Shown here: piece after piece, positions 17,969 to 26,458 of the stretch
Numbering within the stretch: position 1 is the first letter of the stretch
Layout of the letters: each line of letters begins with the position of its first letter
Assembly (NCBI GenBank): GCA_041640035.1
Contig: JBEQBC010000001.1
Coordinates: forward strand, 1-64,000
Reading direction: 5' to 3'
Source of the DNA: Candidatus Nanohaloarchaea archaeon
GTDB taxonomy: Archaea > Nanohalarchaeota > Nanosalinia > Nanosalinales > Nanosalinaceae
Length of the DNA stretch: 64,000 nucleotides
Notes under the pieces: model-generated
Seen by the model: the letters and a program-made list of their open reading frames with translations, nothing else
What the model was told of the DNA's origin: nothing
Databases searched by the model: none
Program-made: the position numbers and the translations under genes

Positions 17969-19177
17969 TCAAAACACTTTATCCGGTCCAACATCAGGCT
18001 CCTGAATCATACCATCTGCTTCCACCTCTTTCCGGAACATTTCAGCGTACTCTGAAGTCACTTTTCCGATCAGAAGAGGCCAGATCTCATCTCTATCCTT
18101 CCATTCATTTACTCCGTTCAGGTAGATGTGGTGTCTCAGTGCTTCACGGTTCCGGGCAACCAGGTAGAAACTTCTCTCAACACTTCCGCCCAGCTCGATG
18201 AGATCTTCGACTATCTCCTGGAAATCACCACGGTAATCATCCGAGTTAGCTATCTTATATGCTGCTACCAGTCTGAGATGGTAGTCGAAATCCTTCTCCG
18301 TGTAGTTCGTTTCTGTCTGCTGCTCTCTGTACAGTGCTCCACCTTCCTCGGTTTCATCGTAGAACGGAGTGTGGATGCCGAGTATCGGTGGGAAACCTGA
18401 TTCTCTTCCCGCAGTGTAGCCGTTGTGAGCCCGCAGTGCGTGGAATAGCTCGTGCTTGGTAAGCATCTCAGCCTCCTGTCTAGAGTACATTCGTTTCTCA
18501 TCTTTTCCGTCCGCAACCACTACTTTTCTTTCTTCAGGTATGTTGAAGCAGCCACCGACCTGTCTGATTTCAGCGCTGTAATCCATACCTAGTTCCTCAA
18601 TTTCTTCCTCAAACATCTGCTTCAGGTCCTCTGAATCTAGTTCCTTGTCTTTCTCTTCTTCTGCTTGGTCTAGATCCTTCACTTTCTCAACTGAGCTCTG
18701 AAATATTTCCTGGTCTACCATAGGCCATATCGTTTCGGAGTACTTTCTCCACTGATTTTCTTTCTCTATCTCTGCTGAAAGCCGGGTGTAAAGCTTCAGT
18801 TCCTTGAGTATATCTTTGAAGAATTTCTTCATCTCTTCAGCCGTGATTTCTTCAGCTCCGTATCGTCTTAATTCTTCTTCATCTATACTTTGAACCGCTT
18901 CTTCCGCGTCTTCTATTATATTTAGTACTGGTTCAGGTTTCTCCAGTTTCCTGAAACTGAATTCTGGCTTGAAGTCTTTGTTTTCTTTTCTTGCTTGTTT
19001 GAATCGTTCTCTTTCCTCTTTTTTGTTGGTTATCTCGATGTTCTTGATCCATGAGGCTTTATCGGTTAGCTGTTTGACTGCTTCGGTGAGTTCCTCGATC
19101 GTGTTCTCAGAACTGATTTCAAGTTCGGTATCTTCGTCCAGTTCGGTTTCTTTGATTTTTGAGGGATTGATTTTCAT
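17969..19177 (-). CDS. DUF1704 / MATCAP-like zinc metallo-carboxypeptidase
   Basis: L.KHELFHALRAHNG followed by Y.ETEEG.A...E and later H.YLNG motifs. Start taken as ATG 19177. Confidence 0.7.
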   Translation of the reverse strand: MKINPSKIKETELDEDTELEISSENTIEELTEAVKQLTDKASWIKNIEITNKKEERERFKQARKENKDFKPEFSFRKLEKPEPVLNIIEDAEEAVQSIDEEELRRYGAEEITAEEMKKFFKDILKELKLYTRLSAEIEKENQWRKYSETIWPMVDQEIFQSSVEKVKDLDQAEEEKDKELDSEDLKQMFEEEIEELGMDYSAEIRQVGGCFNIPEERKVVVADGKDEKRMYSRQEAEMLTKHELFHALRAHNGYTAGRESGFPPILGIHTPFYDETEEGGALYREQQTETNYTEKDFDYHLRLVAAYKIANSDDYRGDFQEIVEDLIELGGSVERSFYLVARNREALRHHIYLNGVNEWKDRDEIWPLLIGKVTSEYAEMFRKEVEADGMIQEPDVGPDKVF

Positions 19178-19245
19178 GTGCAGAGTTTGGTTCTCTAAAG
19201 GTTTAAAGTAGTCCCTGGGCAATTAACTGATTGTTGAGCGGTAAA

Positions 19246-20196
19246 ATGTACAAAACAGGATTTTTATGGGACAGCGAAATCGAATGGGATAGAGAAAATC
19301 CATGGGGCGGTAAGAGAAGCCAGGATTTCGCATACTACACAGAAGAAGGAAGAAAACATGAACTGGAAATCTACATAGCCAAATACAATTGGTACGAGGA
19401 CGGTTCTCTAACCAAGGCTTTCCACTGGAACGGAGAAGAATGGGAGAAAGTCCATGATGTAAAACTTGACCTTGTATACGACAAGTTCAAATACGACCAC
19501 GATACCAAGGAACTCAAAAAACAGATTGGAGAAAAACTACCGGTTCTCAACGACCTTGAGCTGGAAGAAATCTGCAAAGACAAACTGAGAACATACGAAC
19601 TCTTCCCTGACTATGTAGGCGAGACAAGAACCGCTACACAGCAGAACGCCGAAGAAATGTTTGAAGAAAACGAAAAGCTGGTCTTCAAACCGCGTTACGG
19701 CTTCGCAGGTCACGGAGTCGAAATACTGGAATCACTGGGCGAATTCGAAGAACCTGAAGATACAGAGAACTTCGTTCTACAGGAGTTCATAGATACTGAC
19801 GGAGTTGAAGAGTGGGGTGTTGAAGGGCCTCATGATCTAAGAACGATAGTTATCGACGGGGAGATACAGGACGGGAACTATGTTCGCGTACCTGATGAAG
19901 GATTAATCAGCAATATCAGCCGTGGAGGTCATCAGAAATATGTAAGCAGAGATGAGCTACCGGAATCGATAATTGAGATAATTGAAGAGATGAAAAGTAG
20001 TTTCGAGAAGTATCAGCCAGCGATTTTCTCAGTCGATTTCATGTTTGATACTGAAGGGCAGCCGTGGATTGTCGAGTTGAACTCGAAGCCGGGTACATAC
20101 TTCAATCATGTCGAGAAAGATGAGGAACTTGAGAAAAAGAAGATCAAAAATATTCTCAAGACTCTGAAACTCAAGGCAGAAGAACATTATGACTGA
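19246..20196 (+). CDS. ATP-grasp ligase (YheC/YheD- or RimK-like), paralog 1
   Basis: C.DK..TY, V.KPRYGFAGHGV, LQEFI, HDLR, ISNISRGG, SVDFMF and IVELNSKPG motifs. Confidence 0.88.
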   Translation: MYKTGFLWDSEIEWDRENPWGGKRSQDFAYYTEEGRKHELEIYIAKYNWYEDGSLTKAFHWNGEEWEKVHDVKLDLVYDKFKYDHDTKELKKQIGEKLPVLNDLELEEICKDKLRTYELFPDYVGETRTATQQNAEEMFEENEKLVFKPRYGFAGHGVEILESLGEFEEPEDTENFVLQEFIDTDGVEEWGVEGPHDLRTIVIDGEIQDGNYVRVPDEGLISNISRGGHQKYVSRDELPESIIEIIEEMKSSFEKYQPAIFSVDFMFDTEGQPWIVELNSKPGTYFNHVEKDEELEKKKIKNILKTLKLKAEEHYD

Positions 20197-21124
20197 CAAG
20201 ATAGCGTTCCTATGGTGGGAAAACCAGGTACAGTGGCAGAACGGAGAGAAACCTTTCGACAAGGACTGGAAGAACAAAGACTACCAGGTCTACGCGGAAC
20301 TTTTTGAGGAAAAAGATATAGATTTTTACGCTGCCGAATACAGATGGCTGGAGGAGGATACACTGGAGAAAGCCTGGTACTGGAATGGGGAAGAATGGGT
20401 TCAGAAACAGGATGTAACTGTTCAGACAGTGTACGACCTGTTCCGGCACAGTCAGGATAAGATGAAGCTGAAGAAAGAGATGCAGGAACATGTAACACTG
20501 GTTAACAAGCCTGAGGTCGCAGATCTCTGTCAGGACAAACTGAAAACCTATCAGGAATTTCCCGAATATGTTCCGGAGACAAGAAAACCGACAAGAGAGA
20601 ACTTGAAATCAGTGCTTGAGGAACACGGAGAAGCAGTCCTCAAACCGAGGTATGGCTCTTCAGGCGAAGGTATCGAGAAAATACATTCTGTAGATGAACT
20701 TGAAGAAGGAGAAGACAGACTTATCCAAAGATTTGTCTCAGAACCTGAACTCTCAAAATTCGGTCTTCAGAAGTTCCATGATCTCAGGATAATCATAATA
20801 GATGACCAAGTACTGGGGGGCTATCTCAGACTTCCGGAAGATGATGAGTTCCTTAGTAATGTGGCTCAGGGAGCATCTGTAAAATATCTTGAAACCGAAG
20901 AGATGCCGGATTCCATATTCCCGGTCATAGATGAGGTGTCAGATTACTTTGAACAGTACTCTCCGGTGATTTATACGGTTGACTTCATCTTTGAGAACGA
21001 TGAACCTCTGATAATGGAGCTGAACTCTCAGCCCGGTATTTTCTACCATCAGGAAGCTACATTGAAGGAGTACGAGTATCCGTGGATGAAGAAAGTTGTT
21101 GAAACTCTGGCTGAAACATTTTAG
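20189..21124 (+). CDS. ATP-grasp ligase (YheC/YheD- or RimK-like), paralog 2
   Basis: CQDKLKTY, VLKPRYGSSGEGI, IQRFV, HDLR, LSNVAQGA, TVDFIF and IMELNSQPG motifs; overlaps paralog 1. Confidence 0.88.
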   Translation: MTDKIAFLWWENQVQWQNGEKPFDKDWKNKDYQVYAELFEEKDIDFYAAEYRWLEEDTLEKAWYWNGEEWVQKQDVTVQTVYDLFRHSQDKMKLKKEMQEHVTLVNKPEVADLCQDKLKTYQEFPEYVPETRKPTRENLKSVLEEHGEAVLKPRYGSSGEGIEKIHSVDELEEGEDRLIQRFVSEPELSKFGLQKFHDLRIIIIDDQVLGGYLRLPEDDEFLSNVAQGASVKYLETEEMPDSIFPVIDEVSDYFEQYSPVIYTVDFIFENDEPLIMELNSQPGIFYHQEATLKEYEYPWMKKVVETLAETF

Positions 21125-22005
21125 CCTTCTTTCTGTTTCTTCATAGCCCTTTTGTGAAGTCTCTCCACCATTCTCAGGATGATGTCGTCTCCAACCAGTT
21201 CGTTGATCTCTTCGTGAATCCCGAAAGAGCCGTTTATCTCAAGTACGTAGGCTCCATCCTCAGTATTGATGATGTCGGCTCCACAGATATCGAATCCGGT
21301 TGCCCGTGCGGCCTTGATCGCTGCATCCTTCATCTCGTCACTCATCTCTGCTTTCTGTCTTTCCCCGCCCGCTGAAATGTTGGAGCGCCAGTCATCTCCG
21401 CCGCTGCTTCTGCTGTAAGCTGTTACATAGTCACCAATCACTATTACACGGTTGTCAGTTCCGGAGTGCTCTTTGAACTCCTGGAGGCATATCTCCTGTT
21501 CAAAGCTCTTCATCGTATCCATTACAGGTTTAAGCTCGTTCTCTCCTGTTGCACGCATCACTCCCTGTCCTCCTACTCCTTTCACGGTCTTCATGATGAC
21601 AGGGTAGCCTAGTCTCCGTGCTGCTTCTACTGCTACATCAGGTGAGAGTGTGTATACTGAGTCTGGTACTTGGACTCCGTTTTCTGATAGTATTTTCATG
21701 CTGTAGAACTTGTTGGATTCGTAGCTGTATGTGTCGTTTTCTGCCTGAGTTACTACTCCTGCTTCGTTCAGTACTTCTGTCAGGTGTTCGGAGAACATCA
21801 TGTCTCTGTCGTCGGTTCTTATGTATACTGCGTCGAACTCTGTGAGGTCTGTTCCTTTGTATACTACTTTGGTTTCTTCTTCGCTGTGTACGAACTGGAT
21901 TCCGTCTATCGGTGCGGCTAGTACTGAGTCGAATATGTCTTCTGCTCTTTCCATGATTAGCTGGTGGCGTGTTGAGACTTCTCCGTATACGATTCCGAGT
22001 TTCAT
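21121..22005 (-). CDS. RimK/LysX family alpha-L-glutamate ligase
   Basis: NK, GV.VP, PVIMKT..G.GG.GV, LQEF, D.RV.VIG, WRSNIS.GG, CGADII and LEING motifs, all catalytic motifs intact. Confidence 0.88.
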   Translation of the reverse strand: MKLGIVYGEVSTRHQLIMERAEDIFDSVLAAPIDGIQFVHSEEETKVVYKGTDLTEFDAVYIRTDDRDMMFSEHLTEVLNEAGVVTQAENDTYSYESNKFYSMKILSENGVQVPDSVYTLSPDVAVEAARRLGYPVIMKTVKGVGGQGVMRATGENELKPVMDTMKSFEQEICLQEFKEHSGTDNRVIVIGDYVTAYSRSSGGDDWRSNISAGGERQKAEMSDEMKDAAIKAARATGFDICGADIINTEDGAYVLEINGSFGIHEEINELVGDDIILRMVERLHKRAMKKQKEG

Positions 22006-22814
22006 TCTTCCACCTGGTCTTTCAGTGCTTCTGCTACTGCTTCAAATGAGCTTTTGCCGGATACTTCTTTGTACATCTGCAGGTCCGGGTTCGGGTTCAC
22101 ATCGTATACATTTTCTCCTACAAGAAGTATTTCCGCGATAGGCGTACCGATCTTCTTCACGGTTTTCTGAACTATCTCCTTCTGCGTATCAGATATTGTT
22201 GAGTACTTTAGTCCTTCTCCGGTGAAGTCAAGTCCTTCTCCGCTTTCCTTTACCGATATTATCTGGTCTCCGGCTACAAGACATCTGTACTTGTCTCCAG
22301 CAAGAGGTGCATGGAAGATAAGAAGGTCCTCTTCGTATTCAACTCCCTCTATGAAGCCCTGTACATCTTCACTTGTCTCAAGCTTTTTGGTCTCGGTCTC
22401 ATCGAAGTCTTCGATATGTCTGCCGATCATCGGTGTATCCAACTGTTTCTGAACATTTCTCCCTGCTTTCTCCGAGGCAACAACTACTGTTTTCGGTGCA
22501 GGGATATCCTGCTCGTGTAGAACATAGTACAGATAGTTTTTCTTTGCCATGATGAAGAAAGCGGTAGAGGGATAATTCACTGCGATACCGGCTTCTTCCG
22601 CCATCTCCAGCATAACACGGCCGAAGACAGCGTTTTTCTCAGGTAGCTGTGCGTATACTGCGTCATATTCGTGTATGGAGCTTTCCTCCAGTTTCACATC
22701 TTCTTTTCCCTGGATGATTTCTGGTGCAACATTCTCTACATCTATCTGGTCGACATCGTCGAAGAACTGGTCGATCTGATGTTCTTCGTCGTCAGTTATT
22801 CTCGCTAGTTTCAC
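22002..22814 (-). CDS. Degenerate RimK-like ATP-grasp protein
   Basis: N.P......K..L...L....IP.PKT and YRCLV.GD indicate the fold, but the K-x-x-x-G-x-x-G loop, QE, RSN and E-x-N motifs are altered. Confidence 0.65.
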   Translation of the reverse strand: MKLARITDDEEHQIDQFFDDVDQIDVENVAPEIIQGKEDVKLEESSIHEYDAVYAQLPEKNAVFGRVMLEMAEEAGIAVNYPSTAFFIMAKKNYLYYVLHEQDIPAPKTVVVASEKAGRNVQKQLDTPMIGRHIEDFDETETKKLETSEDVQGFIEGVEYEEDLLIFHAPLAGDKYRCLVAGDQIISVKESGEGLDFTGEGLKYSTISDTQKEIVQKTVKKIGTPIAEILLVGENVYDVNPNPDLQMYKEVSGKSSFEAVAEALKDQVEE

Positions 22815-24351
22815 TGTTGTCTCCCCCTTCTGGTTCCCATACTGTGGTTACATCGCCTTCCATCTTCCATTTATCTGTGTAGTTCTTTAGTTGCTGTGGC
22901 ATCACATCTGACAGGATGCGTCCCTGCCGTGTGATTTTCCGTAGTCGTGACTCCAAGGTCTTTGAGAGCTCGTCGTAGTAGCTCTTGTCCGTGTAGATCA
23001 GGTCGTTCTTGACACGCCAGAAGGATGTTGTTCCTTCAGGTGCGAGAACTATGTATCCTAGTTCGTCTCCTGTAAGTGCTTCTTTCATGGTTTCTTTGCT
23101 TACATAGTAGACTCCGCCGTTTTCTACATTTGGATCGATGACGAGGATTTCGCTTCCTTCTACTCCTGCTGCCACTACATGCTGTTCTCCCTGTTCTGCG
23201 AAGATTGGATCGCGGTTTACTCTGGCGATGACCAGTGCTCCGTCGTTGAACCAGGTCTTGAAGTCATCTGCTACATCTGTGATCTTGTCGCTCTCGACAA
23301 ACGCTGTTCTTATCTCCTTGTTGGTCATGTTTTCGATGGCTTTCATGGTTCGGCTGTTGCTATCTATTTCCACATCTTCCTCTTCTCCTTCTTCCTCTGT
23401 TTCTACTTTCTGTATCTCTTCTTCTACTTCTTTTTGAGGGTGGTAGTAGCCGAAGATCTCGAGCGCCATCTCTACGCATGCTTCTTTGGTGTGCTCGCTT
23501 TCTGTCTTAAAGTACTCTTTGATTTCCTCAAGTGTATCTAGGTCGCTTTTCGCTCTTTTGAATCTTATACTTGAGTTCATGATCTCTTTGTTTGGTGTCA
23601 TCACTGTGTATCCGTCGTTTGTATCTACCATGGTGCTGAGAAGTGAGATATTCCGGATTTCTCCGATTGTTCCGTTGATCTCTACGGTTTCTCCAGGTCT
23701 TATTCTTCTGGAGTTCTTGAGGTAGAGTCCGGATGCGTAGTTCTGCATCAGGTCTTTGAATCCGAACAGTAGTAGTCCTGCGACTAGGAGTACTGCTGCC
23801 CAGGCTGATGCGAACATTATCGTGTTTATTATGGTGGAGTTGAATCCGATCTGACCCATTATGATCTGTAGGAGGATCAGGTAGAGGAATCCTTTGACTC
23901 CGATATTTACCAGGTTGAAGGACTGTGATGAAAGTCCGAGTTCTCGGAGGTAGTTCTTCGCACCGACTGTTTTGAGGAAGTCGCTTGCGAATCTTGCGAT
24001 CAGGTTGACCACTATTACTCCGAGGATCCCTATCAGCAGTACGGATAGAAGGTTTGGCATCATTTCAACGGTCTGTGAGTATATATCCTCCGTGATGCCT
24101 GTGTTAAGGTATACTATTGCTGCTGTGATGACTGCGGCGTCTAAACCGTATTTTATGTTTCGTACTTTGTCGTTCCGGCTTGCTACTTCTTTCTTGGTCA
24201 TCTCATCTTCGGTCCAGAGCTTTCTCATTCCAAAGCTTACTGCCTTGATCAGTAGATGACCTGCGAGAACTATTCCGAGGGTGATAGCTATGCGTACCAG
24301 TGTCTGTTCGCCGGTAAGTACTGCTGATAAGTTGGTTAAGAATTCAATCAT
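22792..24351 (-). CDS. MscS mechanosensitive channel fused to a C39-peptidase-like C-terminal domain
   Basis: About 5 TM, FGFKDL.QNY.SGL, IRPGE.VEI.G..GEI..I.L.ST and PN motifs of MscS. C-terminal ACVEMAL..FG...QKE...HVV..G.....I.V.DP...Y papain/C39-like pattern. Confidence 0.8.
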   Translation of the reverse strand: MIEFLTNLSAVLTGEQTLVRIAITLGIVLAGHLLIKAVSFGMRKLWTEDEMTKKEVASRNDKVRNIKYGLDAAVITAAIVYLNTGITEDIYSQTVEMMPNLLSVLLIGILGVIVVNLIARFASDFLKTVGAKNYLRELGLSSQSFNLVNIGVKGFLYLILLQIIMGQIGFNSTIINTIMFASAWAAVLLVAGLLLFGFKDLMQNYASGLYLKNSRRIRPGETVEINGTIGEIRNISLLSTMVDTNDGYTVMTPNKEIMNSSIRFKRAKSDLDTLEEIKEYFKTESEHTKEACVEMALEIFGYYHPQKEVEEEIQKVETEEEGEEEDVEIDSNSRTMKAIENMTNKEIRTAFVESDKITDVADDFKTWFNDGALVIARVNRDPIFAEQGEQHVVAAGVEGSEILVIDPNVENGGVYYVSKETMKEALTGDELGYIVLAPEGTTSFWRVKNDLIYTDKSYYDELSKTLESRLRKITRQGRILSDVMPQQLKNYTDKWKMEGDVTTVWEPEGGDNSETSENN

Positions 24352-24392
24352 AAACACTCATTTCGACTTCAAGAGTATAAAAAACCCGGGAT

Positions 24393-25583
24393 TTATTCTC
24401 CCTTGCCTGTGATCTTTCCTTGGCCGATTAGCCGCCAGCGAGAACCTATCTGCCGTGAAATCGCCACTCGATCACCGACTTCTGCACATACAGGTACCTT
24501 CAAGTCTACCTTGACATTCTTCCCTGCTTGGGTTACGACTCCTGCGGACTTGCCGGTTCCGACATTAAGCATGAGAGGTTCTTTTCCTTTGATGTTCTCT
24601 ACCTCTTCTACCCGGTCGGATCCGACCAGTTTATCCATAAGGTCGACTTCAAGCTCCAGTTTGTCGGTTGTTTCAGTTAGTTCGCCTTCTCTTCCTAGTC
24701 GGTTGCCTGATAGTCCGTCGGATTTAGCCATTGATGGGTCGAGGTTGGTCTCTACGGCCATCAGTCCGCCGGGTCTTCCGGTTTCTACTGTTTCTGATCC
24801 TTGCATGATGCTTTCTACGGTGGTGGTTATGCTCTTCCATTTTCCATCGATCCTTGTTCCGGGTCTGAGTTCGATTTCGTCTCCTACTTCTAGTTCTCCT
24901 TCGGTGATGCTTCCTCCGACTACTCCTCCACGGAGGTCTTCTGCTTCTGTTCCCGGCTTGTTGATATCGAAGCTTCGTGCTACAAGCATCTGAGGGTCTG
25001 CTTCCAGATCTCTTTCCGGTGTTGGAATCTCTTCGTCGATCGTTTCAAGAAGCACATCGATGTTGATTTCGTGCTGTGCAGAGACCGGCACAATAGGTGC
25101 ATCTTCTGCCACTGTTCCTTCGATGAATTCCTGGATCTGTTCGTAGTTCTCTTTGGCTTCTTCCTCTGATACCAGGTCGACCTTGTTCTGTACAATTACG
25201 ATGTTGTCGATACCTGTCATGTCGAGTGCGGCCAGGTGTTCCCGTGTCTGTGGTTGAGGTACTTCTTCGTTCGCTGCTACCATGAGAACTGCCCCGTCCA
25301 TGATTGCTGCTCCGGAGAGTACATTTGCCATCAGTGTTTCGTGGCCTGGTGCGTCTACCAGTGAGACTGTTCGGACTTCTTCGCCGTCGCCGTCTGTATT
25401 CAGGTTTCCGTCTTCGTCTCTGTAGTATGTTACATCAGCGTATCCTAGTCTGATTGTGATTCCTTTCTTCAGTTCCTCGCTGTGTTCGTCAGTCCATTTA
25501 CCTGAAAGTGCGTTGGTAAGCGTGGTTTTTCCGTGGTCTACATGTCCTACTAGTCCGATGTTTACTTCTGGTACTTTGCTCAT
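24393..25583 (-). CDS. eif2g: Translation initiation factor aIF2 gamma subunit
   Basis: GHVDHGKTT, KKGITIRLGYAD, DAPGHE, QPQTREH, QNKVD and WRLIG motifs. Confidence 0.97.
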   Translation of the reverse strand: MSKVPEVNIGLVGHVDHGKTTLTNALSGKWTDEHSEELKKGITIRLGYADVTYYRDEDGNLNTDGDGEEVRTVSLVDAPGHETLMANVLSGAAIMDGAVLMVAANEEVPQPQTREHLAALDMTGIDNIVIVQNKVDLVSEEEAKENYEQIQEFIEGTVAEDAPIVPVSAQHEINIDVLLETIDEEIPTPERDLEADPQMLVARSFDINKPGTEAEDLRGGVVGGSITEGELEVGDEIELRPGTRIDGKWKSITTTVESIMQGSETVETGRPGGLMAVETNLDPSMAKSDGLSGNRLGREGELTETTDKLELEVDLMDKLVGSDRVEEVENIKGKEPLMLNVGTGKSAGVVTQAGKNVKVDLKVPVCAEVGDRVAISRQIGSRWRLIGQGKITGKGE

Positions 25584-25891
25584 ATTATCTGGCCTCCTGT
25601 GATCTTCTCTGTGTCATAACTTGGGTGTAGTTCTCCTTCTGGACCTTCAAAGAATCTTTCCGCCTTGTATGTTTCCTCTTTCCTTAATGCGGTCCAGAAT
25701 GGAGTTCTTTCTTCTATCTGATATGTGGTGCCATCAACATCTACCTGTTCACCTTCATGGAAACGGTACGACTGAAAAGCCTCAACAGCAGATTTCACCT
25801 TGCTGTCAGACCATTTCTCAGAAAGCAGTCTGTTGACTCTCTGAGTTTTTTCCGCTCCTTTGCTGAGGTAGTAGTCGATGGCTATGCTCAT
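25580..25891 (-). CDS. Hypothetical protein between rps6e and eif2g
   Basis: 103-aa ATG ORF filling the gap, with ATGA overlap to eif2g. Confidence 0.6.
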   Translation of the reverse strand: MSIAIDYYLSKGAEKTQRVNRLLSEKWSDSKVKSAVEAFQSYRFHEGEQVDVDGTTYQIEERTPFWTALRKEETYKAERFFEGPEGELHPSYDTEKITGGQII

Positions 25892-25905
25892 AAATTCTAT
25901 GAAAT

Positions 25906-26274
25906 TTATTCTTCGTCGTCTAGGAGTTCTTCGACGGATTTTTCTCCTGATTCAACTACTTTAGTGTTCAGCTGCTGGATCTGATTGGAAACGGTGTTTC
26001 CTCTGACTGATTTCCGTCTCTTTACTCCGTCTTCTGCTCCCTGGATTCCGCTTCCGTCTTCCAGAAGCATTCGTTCTCGTTCTGTTCCGTCTACGGATTT
26101 TCTCATCGGGAAGCCGTCCATGTCGCTTCCTCCTCTGACCTCTAGTTCGTATCCGTCGAGGCCGATGATGCTTCCGGAGAAGGTTTCTCCAATCTTTGTT
26201 CCGAGAATCTGTTCAGGGTTTTCTTCTTCTACTTGGAATGTTTCGCCATCCTGTGTTCCGATTGTAATCTGCAT
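25906..26274 (-). CDS. rps6e: 30S ribosomal protein eS6
   Basis: G.KIGE, L.GY.LE..GGSD.DGFPM and RRKSVRGN......QLN motifs. ATG 26274 follows an AGGTGA SD. Confidence 0.96.
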   Translation of the reverse strand: MQITIGTQDGETFQVEEENPEQILGTKIGETFSGSIIGLDGYELEVRGGSDMDGFPMRKSVDGTERERMLLEDGSGIQGAEDGVKRRKSVRGNTVSNQIQQLNTKVVESGEKSVEELLDDEE

Positions 26275-26341
26275 TATGTAATTTGTCACCTTGAATAACT
26301 CAGTCCGCCGATCAAGGTTTTCCGAGCGTTAAAGTACATAG
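26275..26341 (-). promoter_or_regulatory. Structured 5' leader of the rps6e operon
   Basis: TATA TTTAAATA at about 26371-26364. Inverted repeats ACCTTGA/TCAAGGT (26288-94, 26312-18) cover the SD; TATGTA.TTT/AAA.TACATA (26275-84, 26331-40). Confidence 0.5.
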
Positions 26342-26458
26342 ACCAAATCACTGCCAAGCTTTTTATTTAAAACGCAGAATCCTTCAGTTGAATCTGGCTG
26401 ATTTTTATTCCCACTACAACTTAATTAGAGATACAGTGAATAACGGAGGTCAACCCAA

